From: Selaginella moellendorffii
Taxonomy: Eukaryota > Plantae > Lycopodiophyta
Length of the DNA: 64,000 bases
Assembly (NCBI RefSeq): GCF_000143415.4
Contig: NW_003314443.1
Location: 65,268-129,267, forward strand
Direction of reading: 5' to 3'
The position numbers and the translations under genes were made by a program. The notes under the pieces were generated by a model, which did not search any database, was not told the DNA's origin, and worked only from the letters and a program-made list of their open reading frames with translations. Position 1 is the first letter of the stretch; every line of letters starts with the position of its first letter. This document shows, one piece after another, positions 1 through 11,455 of the stretch.

Positions 1-1148
1 TCATCATTCCTCGGACTTGGGCGCCACCATTAATTTCTGGATTGCCGCGCGCATGCAAGCACGCAAAATCCAAAAGAAATCCACAACGTCATCATTCCTC
101 GGACTGCATGCACGCGAAATCCAAAAGAAAGATCATGATTGGGATATCATTTAATACCCTCGCTATATTTATACCATGCATGATTGGATATTCCAAAGCA
201 TCTTGTATTTCCAAAAATGGCAGATGTTCAGCTAAATAAAGAAATTCTATCTGTTTCTATTTTTCTCTCAAATCAATATTATAGCGTGTGGGCTCATGCA
301 ATTTTGAACCAAAGAAACCCAAAAAACGTTGGACCCAAAATATTTTGAAAAAACCCAAAAAACCCTAAACATTTTAAACCCAAAAATCCAGGCGTCCTGT
401 GGCGTTATTCCTTGAATGGCGTGTGGGCGCATGCCATTTTCAGGGCCAAATGCTGAATGGAGAAAAATTCCCTTTCAGTGCAAATGCTGCAAGAGGCAGA
501 TGCCGAGCACAAAGGACTGTAACTACCTCACATGACACAGATAAACTTTTCTCTATTTGGCAAAGATAAACTTTATAGCGTGTGGGCTCATGCAAGTTTG
601 AACCCAAAAAATGCACCAAAAAATTCTCGGCGTCATCTGGCGTTATCTCTTGAATGGCGTGGGGCCGCATGCCATTTTCAGGGGCACATAGGAGTATATT
701 CCTAGGATATTCTGACACGCGCGAGATTTTTTTGAGTTTTCTTGAGATCCAACCGTTAGATCGCAACTAGATTTTACAGAATGGTATACAATGTCTTTCT
801 TGATGACCCTGCAAAGAAGCATCTCGATCGGACACCACATGAGACCACACGAGCCTTACAATGTTTCAGGGGCATTTGCCATAGATCCGACCGTTATTTT
901 GCTCCAAGATTTTACAATTTGGTGTGCATTGACCTTTCCATCGAAACTGCAAAGGGACATCACAATCAGATGTGGGATCACAAGAAACTAACTTCACTAA
1001 CTCTGGTTTCACCAAGATCTACGTAAGGAGTTATGAAATGAAAGGACCCTCTCTATTGAAATGTGTTTATGGTCCTAGGGGCATTGTGACATATCAAAGG
1101 ATTTTGCATCAAGTTCTGTATTTGCATGTTTATCAAGCTACTGAATTG

Positions 1149-1181
1149 CTAAACCCTAAACCCTAAACCCTAAACCCTAAA
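1149..1181 (+). repeat. Interstitial plant telomere-type repeat (CCCTAAA)x4 plus a partial unit
   Basis: ctaaa ccctaaa ccctaaa ccctaaa ccctaaa read directly. Confidence 0.9.
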
Positions 1182-2080
1182 CATGTGGCAAATGCTGCGT
1201 GAAGAAAGATGCCCTTTTTTGGGCAAATGCTGTAAGAGGCAGATGCCGAGCAGATGTATCTCAGGCTAGCGAAGGGGACAAACGAAAGCTAGCTATAAAC
1301 ATGACGGGATGCAAATAGATTACTAAGCTGGTCCTACGAAAATCAAAAACCATAATTGAAAACATTGAAAATGCAAAAAGAAAGGTTTATAATATTTTTG
1401 AATTTTAGGCAACCAAAGGAATGTAAGTAGGGCATGTGTTTGTAAGTTTAAAAATGCCTCAACCACTTAAATTCCCAAGTAAATAAAGCTGTTTCTATTT
1501 TTGGTACAGGTAAACTTTATAGCGTGTGGGCTCATGCAATTTTGAACCCAAAAATGCACCAAAAAATGCTCGACTAGCATTATTCTTTGAATGGCGTGTG
1601 GCCTTATGTCGAGCATTATTCTTTGAATGGCGTGTGGCCTTATATTGCCATAAATGGACGTACACACACAGCATAATTATTCCTTTACACGGCGAATAAT
1701 CTTGGCGCGGATCGCTGACATGGCATGGCAAAGTTCGAATCACTGACATGGCACAGCTGGATCGAGGCAAGGACATGATGTGACAAAGTTCAACCTCCGA
1801 CAGCAAAGTCTAGAAGCTACTCAGTTTGAAATTTGTCAGAGGAATCATAAGATCTGGTTTGTCAGAGGATTTGATGTGACGTTCAAGCGTGTGTTATTTT
1901 TGAATTCTCGAACTCATTCCTAGGTCTATCATTTTTGTGCGCCGTGTTTTTGGTTCCGCTGAGCGCAGTGAGCGCTGCTTGTGTAAGCGGCGTTGTGGGC
2001 TGTGGTTTATGCGTCTACGAGCGGTTGCGGCATTGCGAGCGCCATTGGGAGCGGCAATTTATGCGAGTGGCAGTTTGTGT

Positions 2081-2180
2081 GAGCGGCGCTACGAGCAGTT
2101 GCGGTGTTGCGAGCGGCGTTACGAGTAGTTGCGGTGTTGCGAGCGGCGCTACGAGTAGTTGCGGTGTTGCGAGCGGCACT
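2081..2180. repeat. 30-bp tandem repeat, ~3.3 copies
   Basis: gagcggcgctacgagtagttgcggtgttgc repeated; accounts for the periodic ORFs at 1935-2446. Confidence 0.9.
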
Positions 2181-2543
2181 GTCTTTGGTGTGGCTACCGC
2201 TTCCTCTTGATATTCGGCACTTGTGCTTCCTGGTATGTTCACCATGGAATGGCTTAGGACCACATTTAGAAATGGCATGAGGCCACATGCCATCTTGGGC
2301 CCTTGCAATTTCATGGCTAGCGTATTGACATGTATGTTTTTACTTGCCTGCAGCTGTGTGTATATCAAGATGGCATGAGGCCTCATGCCAATTTTGTGAA
2401 TGCGAAATTTCACGTGGGTGTCAATAGCATGTTTGAATAATGGCATGTGGCCTCATGCTATTGAGGTTGTTTGGTATGTTATGATTTAGGCCATTCTCCA
2501 ATCATTTTTTGTATGGTCTTAACTTCTTTTCTGCACTTTCAGA

Positions 2544-5500
2544 ATGGCCTTCAGGGTTGGGGAAAAGGTTTACATTTTGAATGGTGGGAAGAGAGTTGCA
2601 AAAGGGACCCTTGTGTCTATGGATCGGAACTTTGTTATACACTGTCAAAGGCTTGGGGAAGGCAATGCTGCTGTATCAGTAGAGACTGTCTTCGATAGGA
2701 ATGTGGTCGCTATTGAACGAGGAGAGATGGTCGTCGGGGTAAATGTTGTTGTTGCCTTGAAAAATCTTCAAAAGAAAGCAGATGTTGGGGACAGCGCAAG
2801 TGCGACGCATGTTCCCTCCATGGATCTTAAGAACCGTGCTACATGGATTTAGGCAAAAGTGTTTCTAAACAACCCCGAGGGGGAGGTGGTAGCTGAGGGC
2901 TTAGCCACAGTTGTCGATCCAAGAGATGCGGTTGCTAATCAAGAATTGGGCTGGGATGATATTGGAGTTGCGATTTTAGAGGTTGTTGACACAGAAGAAA
3001 ACAGTCTGACTATTGGAAGCATTGTGCGGTGGAAATTGAGGCACTTAGTGTTTGAGAATGTGAAGGATTCACAATCAAACACCACTACAACTGATGACAG
3101 AACATCTCTTCATGGGAAAAGAAAGTACACCTTCCTAAAGCGCAGCCAAAGGGATCTGAGCAACGAACCGAAAAGGCAGAAAATGGCGATGGAGGTTCGA
3201 ATGGTCTCGACAGTTGCTTGTTGCAAGAGGAGGTGCTGTCAACATGCTGATTGGGATGCTATTGAAGAGGAGAGAGCAAGATACAAGACATTGTCCTGGA
3301 AGGCAGCTCGCAATTTTGTGTATGAGGCATTACGGTCATCTGTTGATGCTTCAGAACATCAGGTGGGGGGCATGGTCTTCCAGAGGGGTTTGGTCTGCAT
3401 GAAGGCATGGAGAATCATTTATGGAGTCCCTCGAACCACATTCTACAGAATCAAAACTGAGTTCGAGGAACAAAGGGTTCAACAGGCAGTCCATAGGAAC
3501 GACGGTACGCACAAAACCAGGGGTCATGTTGTATATGGAGAGGCAATCTTCAAGAGGTTTGTCGAGACATGTAGCGAGCAGCAACCACATAAAACCCGCC
3601 TCTTGGAAGATGGAACACGAGACACCCAACGAGTTCTCCCTTCCATGTATACCAAGGGGGCCATATTGGAAGATGTGAATCGGGAACTCCAGAGTAATGG
3701 CTACAGGAAGCTGAGCCAATCTAGATTTAGTAGATTGTGGACCAACAGGTTCAGGGATGTGAGTATAGGAAAGTACTCCAGCTTTTCAAAGTGTGACGAG
3801 TGCACTGCTATCAAAATGGCTTTGTCGAAGAATTCTTGCAGCGCTCAAGAGCGAGAGACATTGGTTAGAAGGCGGCTCGACCACAACATCGAGCAGAGAA
3901 GCTGCAGGACTGCATATTATCATAACAGGATTCTCTCCATGGAGAGACCTGACTCTTACCTCTGCATCATCCACGACAAAATGGACCAGAAAAAGACGTG
4001 CTTACCTCGACTCAATCCTGCCCCCAAGGCAATCTCTTCATCCATGCAGCTGCCTGTGTCTCTGTTTGGCATAATCGCTCATGGGCATGGTGCCCAGAAC
4101 TATGGGAACTTCTTTGTACCTCTATGGGGTGGCGGGGGTGCAAACATGATGATTGCGTCCCTAGCAAAACACTTAAGGTCTCTGCAAAGTGCGCAAACTG
4201 AGCTGAACGGCCAACCCTTGCATAAGGCCCTTGTCGATCGAACCCCATACAGGGTTCAGCTGGAGGAGGAGCAAAGGCTTGCAGTATCGCATGGGGCCCC
4301 ATGCCATCCCAGTGAATATGTTGGCCGTCAGATTGTAGGGTTATCACGTGAGGCCTCATGCCATTCCGACGAGGCTGGTCGCCCGGTGAATGCACAGCCT
4401 CATCCAAACGAAGCAGAATCTCAAGGAAGTTCTTGCGGCCGATGTGGCCTTCCACCCCATCTTCTGCTCCAAACAAACAATGCTGGCAGTGAGAACAAAA
4501 ACATGTACGTCTTCGCGTACTTGGCGATGCTTGTTGCCAAAGGCATATTTGAAACGGTTACACTTGGCTTTCTCATGGTTGGGCACACTCATGAAGACGT
4601 CGATGCCATGTTCAGTCACCTGGCAGAGTCCCTCCGGCGATCCAATGTCCTCACCCTCCCACAACTCTACGATGAATTCCAAAATTGCATCAAAGGCACT
4701 GTTGAAGCTGCACTTCTGACAGAGGTTCCAGACTTTAAGGGGTTTGTAAGAGGCTACATCAGGGACGGATCCGAAACGCTGATTGGCCACTCCAAGCCTC
4801 TTCAGTTTCATTTCAGCATGTGTGACGGTGCTCCAGTGATGAGGTACAAGATGAGAGAATGGGACACAGTGTGGCTGCCAGTGGACGGCATTGAACTCTT
4901 CAAGAGAGATCCCATAACTGGGGAACCTATGATTCCTCAGGGTTCCCCACTGCCGATGCACCCGGATGGACTCAAAGACCAGGAAAGTATAGTGGCCGGG
5001 ATTAGACAGCATATTGCCTTCTGGAAGAGGGGGTTGGTGTTTGGTGGAGAATCCTATTTTCAGAGGTGCAAGCCTTTGCTCGAATACTGGGAGAAGATTA
5101 TATCTGCTATCCAAAATGGGCCGGTTGTATATGAAGAATTGGAAGAGTCCTTTTGGCCAGAACCCAGAGCACCAGATAGTAGCGGAACAATGTCCTCTGG
5201 AAATGCAGTGACAGATAACGATGTTGAGGATCACTATTGTGGGCCGAGGAACAAGAAGCCGGATTCAGCATTCAATCCAGTACAGGTCTGCAAAGGAATG
5301 GTCGTGCTTGTCAGACCCAGTAATAAAAAACAAATGATATAGGTGGGGCGCTGCATCACTGATGCAAAGGAGGACGCGGAAACTAACTCCTTCAATGTAA
5401 CTGTAGAGTGGTTCAAGCCAAGTTCCGGATATACGAACGATTGCCTAGAAAAGAGATGGGTGCTGAATCCAAGGGATCCCAGCATGAGCATATCGGTGGA

Positions 5501-5685
5501 TAATGTTGTGCATGGTTGGATGCGGAAGCAGAGTGCCACCATCACCTTGCCAGACCATGCAAGAGATGCAGCAAGAGCATTCATAACCCGGGTTCAAGGT
5601 GAGATTCATTAATATTCCTTTACTAAGTTTCTAATGTATTTTATTTCAAGGTGAACAATCCGAATCTGAATCAGAGGAGGCGTGA
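2544..5685 (+). pseudogene. DDD-type transposase, Sola-like (GHTHEDxD family), inactivated
   Basis: ORFs 2544-2852, 2859-5342 and 5343-5612 share one frame, separated by single TAGs. Motifs: CCKRRC, FSKCDEC, IIHDKMDQKKT, LQTNNAGSENKN (family consensus LQxDN..ENKN), FLMVGHTHEDVDAMFS. Terminal intron 5599-5650 (GT..AG) gives the C-terminus GEQSESESEEA*. Confidence 0.75.
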
Positions 5686-6323
5686 TGGCATGTGGCCTTA
5701 CGCCATTCCTAGGTGAGATGATACAAATAACAAGTATAAATTCTTAGTTGTTCTAGCAAATCTTACTTAAAGTTCAAGGTGAACAAGCCGAATATGAATT
5801 CATCGGATTGTTATAACAAATTGCGAGGTGATGGCATGAGGCGATACGCCATTTGAGAGTGGTAGCCATTCCTATATGAGGTGAGTGAAGTATTTATTAG
5901 AAATACCTCATTCAATTGTGCACTTCTAAGTCTTGGTCCACTTAGTACTGTTTGCATGTTTTTATTTTAATTCTTTCTCTAAAATGTTATTTAGCATGTG
6001 GCTTCATGCCATTGCTCTCCACAATCATGCATTGAATTTCTATCCTTGCATAATACTTCTCCATATATATAGCATGTGCGCACATGTGATATGGTTCATT
6101 AGGCCTAATATAGTGTGTGAGGTAAAACAAAGATGATGTGACATATGCATTTACCAATCACACGTGCATAAATCTAATAATATGGCATGTGGCCCATATT
6201 AATGGCACATAAACCCATATTGTGGGCTTACGTGCTTTATGTACCATCATTCCCTTGCAGCGTGTGTGTTGGTTTCCTTTTATAACACAACGAACTCCAT
6301 ATTTTAGGGTGAAGAGCGTTCTC

Positions 6324-6581
6324 ATGGCAAGCACAAAATCTGTAAGTGAGGCAGAAAAGGAGACGAAGAAGGAGATAGGTGAAGATGTAGAATATATAAG
6401 TCTTCCAAACTCCCCGTACTATACTCCAGGTGATCATTTTTCTGAACAAACGGCAACATTAACAACTATCGAGAACGCCCCAGTAACGTCAGAGACAACA
6501 ATCCAAAGCAAAACAACTGACCCGGAGAAGGATGATAGTACCGCTGAGAGTACCAAAAAGGAGGTGTCCACTAGCGCTTAG
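6324..6581 (+). CDS. Small acidic S/T/E-rich ORF inside the transposon region, possible accessory exon
   Basis: 85-aa ORF from ATG 6324, preceded by a ttttag acceptor-like site; no recognisable domain. Confidence 0.3.
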   Translation: MASTKSVSEAEKETKKEIGEDVEYISLPNSPYYTPGDHFSEQTATLTTIENAPVTSETTIQSKTTDPEKDDSTAESTKKEVSTSA

Positions 6582-7299
6582 GCTTATAATGGCGTGTGCC
6601 CTCATGCCATTTACTTGATCACCAAATACCTTTTTCCCTTTGCACTAGTATATCTTAATACCGGTCTGAGAAATAGAATGGCATGTGCCCTCAGGCCTTT
6701 TACTAAATCACCTTTGAAAGAAATGCAAGCCTCTATGTCATAAAAAAAAGGTACTAGAGAAATTCCTTAATAATATGAATGTTATTTAGTTTCATGAAAA
6801 TACACTAAGGGTCAAATGAGTTAAATGACTTCTCCAGACTAGCAATGCCTCTTGCTACACCTTCACAATTAGATTCGTTAGAAAAAGATAACATTGAATA
6901 ATATCTAAATGTTCTCACCATTAAGTTATATGTCTGGCTAATAGGAATGATGTTCATCTTGGAAAGCTCACCACACGCTCAATGAACAAACAAATAGTGT
7001 GTGCGCGCATGCCATCGCTCTTCTTTAGCTTCAGATTCGGCTTGTTCACCTTGACAATGAGATTTATTATACAACTAGATGGACTCAGTCTGGACATAAG
7101 GTCACCGCGCTAGTCACCATGCCCCAGATATGTCTAGCCCCTGGACAAAAAACATATAATTTCACGTCATTTTCAAATACTTGAAAATTTGTACCTAGTC
7201 CCATTTTACTGAATAAATCCCACTTTAACGAAATAGAGCATACAAGCAAAAGCTATACTATGCCTTAGGTTGGTTGGTTAGCCATGCTTGACCTACTTA

Positions 7300-9079
7300 T
7301 TATCCCTACTATCCCACAACCCACCGCCCCCCCCCCCCCCCAACTTTCAATAAATGGTAATTAGGACCAAACAATATTAACACATAGGGTGTGATAGCGA
7401 GGGTGTTTAGTAGACATGATAAGCTATCATTTGGCAATATTAAGGAATTAATTTCAATATGCAAAGGTTCTTGTCAAGCCATTGTAATATAAAGCAAAAG
7501 AGAACTAAAGCCAAGCTAAGTGTGCTTAACAAGAAATGCATAAAAGTTTCTACCTTACATTCATTTGGCTAAGTACAGATGCTAAGCCCAATTTACTAAC
7601 ACTTGAATAAGAGGGGCTGAAAAAGGAACTAGCAATACTAACATTTTTCTGTCGTGGTAGTAAGGAAAGAATATCCAAAAGGGCTAATCGACAAGTAACT
7701 TTCAATACATGTAATCTTATTTATGACACTTTTTCCCCCTTAGGGAAGATCAACATTTTTATCAATGCACACTATAGTCTACACCACTGCTAAGGAAACA
7801 ATTTTAAGAAAATTTCACAGTGATGACACTATATGAGAAATGCACCAACTTATGATTTAGGGTAATCTTGTTGTCTAACACAAATGCGCTATAAAGTCAA
7901 ACACCTTCTGGTCATCACCGACAAGAAAATGATCAATAGAATTAGCCACCCTTGCTACTTTAGTGTCACTTAACTTACAAAAGAGTGATATATCCCTACC
8001 CATAGGTGACATAAAGAAAGAAGCTAGAAGCCTCAACCTTTATGAGCAAAGAAAATAAACTAGTTAGTAAAGTTTAGATAAAGTATTGTAAATAGGTAGT
8101 TAGAGTTATTTATATGGTCACACATTTTTTATGATATAAGGAACATCGACAGAGAGGCAGATGATATGATTAGTCAATAGTAGCTACTCCATGATTAAAG
8201 ATTTCACAATACACACAAAGTGTTGAAGCCAGTTTGCCTTCAAATGGAAAGATGAAGAGATGGATAATATCAAAGTCATAGATAATGATATCTTAAAGAC
8301 TTAAGTATTAGTGAATAAATCTTAGATTAAAAGTTTTCCAAGTAATTTATCATCCGATAAACCAATATTAGAGTACAAGAACCACCAAGATCATCATCAC
8401 TATCAAACAAAATTCAATACCATTATATAGTATAGAATATCATTAAAAAAACTCAATAATAAAACTTAACTATCAAAGATTGCAGATAATATGCTAAACA
8501 ACTTATGTAAGATAACTCAAAGAACAGAAAGTATCATCGATTGGTAAATAAAATGCTCGTGAATGTATCATCCAAAGGAAATAATATCCAATCTATTAAA
8601 ACTAACTATAACAATAATCAATAGAACAAAATGAATGTGACAAAACCAACAAACACTCATTTACGCCAATAATCACATTAGCCAACTTAAATAAATCCTA
8701 GTCAACAATACAAAGGAACTCAAGTTGCTTAAACAAGTGTTAGTAACATCCTACCAATATCTTAAACCCAAAAAGCCAAACCAGACCAAACCATAAAGAA
8801 TATGTGGTAATGTGAAAAGCCAAAAGCTATCAAAGAGAATAACTAACTATCATGAAAGATCATCAATCATCCCATTAATGAAGAGATGTATAATCATCGT
8901 CAAAGAAAGAATCCACCATCTTAAAGAATGATAAATCATTCTAGATCAATAATAATTAAGCAAAACCTTTGACAAGAATAATCAACTATATTAAATGATA
9001 ATTAATCATCACCAATGATTATCAGATGTAAATATTAACTTCAATATTGAAGCTAATAAACAAAAAATGTCTTCCCCAA
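7300..9079 (-). mobile_element. Degenerate LTR-retrotransposon fragment (LTR end, PPT, 3' internal region), same family as 57344-64000
   Basis: 7350-7728 aligns with the LTR at 58507-58888, ending ...tgaca at 7728; decayed PPT follows; 7730-9079 parallels 58889-60260 with AT-shifted decay. Confidence 0.8.
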
Positions 9080-10164
9080 TGTAAGCTACAAATTTTTCCT
9101 TTCCAATTTGCCAGCTTACCTCGTCTACCTGACCAACACTGCCTTGGCTTTAGCTAAGTTCCCTTGTCAAGGTTCCTGCCTATGGTACCAGCTACTTGGT
9201 CCTATTTGGTTTTAGCTACTCACTGCACGAGCAATAGAGTGTTAGCCATCCATCTACGGATTCCCAAATCTCTCATAATCCTCCTCCCCGGGTTAAACTG
9301 GACTTAAGGGTTCGGCTACACTCCCCGCAGGCACAAGCAGCCAAGCACACCAAACCTCCAAGTTCCTAACATCCCTTGGTACCATAAGACTTGATCATGG
9401 GACCCTCTAAATCCCAAATCTTGGGTGCAACACATGCTTCGGGACACTGGGGTGAAACACCATAGCCTAACGGCCTGATATGGGTACCTCTACCCCCCCA
9501 TTTCCATCCCGAAGGGAAGGCCCAAGCCCCTAGGAAAGGTGAGGACCAATGAGCCACAAGGTACTCAAGTGGGGCACCACTCCACCTGAGCTGGGAGCAC
9601 CGCAATCGGTTTCCCTTTCGGGAGTGGGAGTTACTCTTGAGCACTTCCTTGGGTGGCCCCTCCAGCACCACCCAAGTCCATGTTCACTCCCACCCAAGGC
9701 CCCTCAGCCTCAGTTTCAACCTCAAGTCAGTTTGGAAGCACCACTGGAGAGTTCTTTCAAGACTGGTTCCTAGACCTCACTATCCCTACTATACTTTTGG
9801 AACCCCCGTAGCCCCCCCCCCCCCCGAAGACGCATGCTTTGGGCTTTCACCCTTTGACCTGTATTAGTACTCGGACTCAGTCTCAGACTCGATCTCGGAC
9901 TTGATCTCAGACCTGATTTTGGACTTGGTCTCGGACTCGATCTCGGACTCGGTCTCGGACCCAATCTTGGATCTCGGACTCTGTTTCGAACTTGGTCTCC
10001 GAGTTGGCCTCGGACTTGTTCTCGGACTCTATCTTGAACTCGGTCTCAGAGTTGATCTTGGACTCGATCTCAGACTCGGTCCCATCCGATGAACTCTTTG
10101 TCATTTCGGTCATACTTTCGGGGATCCTTTAGCCTACGACACCTTAGGGAGTTGGTTCCTTACA
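9080..10164 (-). mobile_element. 3' LTR of gypsy chromovirus (element A)
   Basis: Terminal inverted repeat TGTAAG...CTTACA; PPT (minus strand GGGTGGTGAAGT) at 10165-10176; internal ctcggact satellite at 9868-10085. Confidence 0.85.
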
Positions 10165-10938
10165 ACTTCACCACCCATAGAAGAAGTTCGATGCCTACAT
10201 CAAACATCTTTTTTTATCCTACAACTTGTTGACCATGTCTCCGGGGGCATCCCCCCACTTAGCGGTGTGCCTAAGTTAGCCTCCCTGGCCAAGAGCCCAT
10301 GACAACGGAATATAGGTGTCCCTATACCCCTCACCTCACCACACCCTAGTATGGGGTCAGGACTTGAACTCAGTCTTGCTTTACTAGGGGGTTGGGACTT
10401 GAACCCTAGAATATGTCTATGGATTCGACATCCCCGTGGGGAGTCGGGCATAGTTCCCTACGCCTGGTTGACCTAGCTAACCCAAGCTAATTAGTTTACC
10501 TTCGGCGCGCCTTCGGGTCTAACATGTGCCATTGCTCAATTTCACAAAGTGATACTTTAATTGAACTTTGCATAAGTACACAGAGTTCTGCCATGCAAAA
10601 ATACCTCCACTAAATCTCGTGCGTTCGCTAGGTTCTCCTCCGGTTCCTATGTTGCTTTGCAGTGTGGAAATCCTTTCCACTTCAAATGGAACTCTCTTAC
10701 CTTGCGTCCTTATCGCTTGCTTTTGTGCGCATTGAGGATAGCCTCGACTTCGTATTCCTCTTCCCTTTGGATAACCTCAAGTAAGGGTTTTACTTGGTCC
10801 GTGCGAAGTGGATCCTCAAAGTACAGCTTGAGTAAGTTCACGTGGAACACTGGGTGCACCTTCCCCATCTCTTGAGGAAGTCGAAGACAGTAAGCCACTT
10901 TACCGATTCGTGCCTCAATCTCGTAAGGCCCCGTGAAC

Positions 10939-10990
10939 CTACTTAAGGAACTCAAGATCAATTCATTTATAAGAATACATGCATTTTTAC
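10939..10990 (-). other. 52-nt GT-AG intron in integrase (second copy at 11845-11896)
   Basis: CAAAG|GTAAAA...TAAGTAG|GTTC; removal restores KLTQR-FTGPY. Confidence 0.85.
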
Positions 10991-11408
10991 CTTTGGGTCA
11001 ACTTTCGGCTAATCCCACTTAGTAGCCTAAGGTTCTTGGTGTTCAGCCACACGTTCTCCCTAGCTTGGAACTCTACATCCCGGCGCTTTTGGTTCGTGTA
11101 CTTGGTTTGCCTTTGTTGAGCCTGTTCCACGAAATCCCTCACTAGATTCCAAATGTTGAGTCTTTCCGCTGTGAATGCCTCCACTGCAGGTAACTCTCCA
11201 TGATACTCGGCCATGCCGAGTTTCACATGACCTTCAATAGCTCGCCCATTGATGACTTCCCATGGACTCACCCCGATACTCAAATGTGGTGAGTTGTTAT
11301 TACACATTTCCGCAAGTCCCAAATGACTTACCCAATCGGTCTAGTCTCTCGAGACATAGCATCGCAAATAATCCTCCAGCTGCCTATTCACCTTTTCCGT
11401 TTATCCGT

Positions 11409-11455
11409 CTATCAAGAAGTGTTAGTGCTATCAAACTTGACTTAATACCCAATAC
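11409..11455 (-). other. 47-nt GT-AG intron in the integrase catalytic core (second copy at 12315-12361, donor mutated to AT)
   Basis: GTATTG...CACTAAC...TTGATAG; removal restores the reading frame across the HPQT-DGQTE motif. Confidence 0.85.

Larger units (their letters stand above)
281..7015. repeat. Dispersed ~20-24 bp palindromic motif (consensus AATGGCRTGNGGCCNCATGCCATT), ~18 copies
   Basis: Copies at about 281, 415, 575, 653, 1519, 1590, 1626, 2271, 2371 (perfect TGGCATGAGGCCTCATGCCA), 2439, 4286, 4343, 5685, 5831, 5992, 6588, 6677 and 6995. Confidence 0.85.

Noticed and set aside
1935-2446. Repetitive ORFs (ATPQLLVAPL, GATSSCGVAS)
   Set aside because: Translations of a 30-bp tandem repeat with no other support
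4012-5234. 154- and 292-aa minus-strand ORFs
   Set aside because: Antisense shadows of the transposase
281-7015. CRISPR-like array from the palindromic repeats
   Set aside because: Spacing is irregular (36 bp to over 1 kb), there are no cas genes, and the context is eukaryotic
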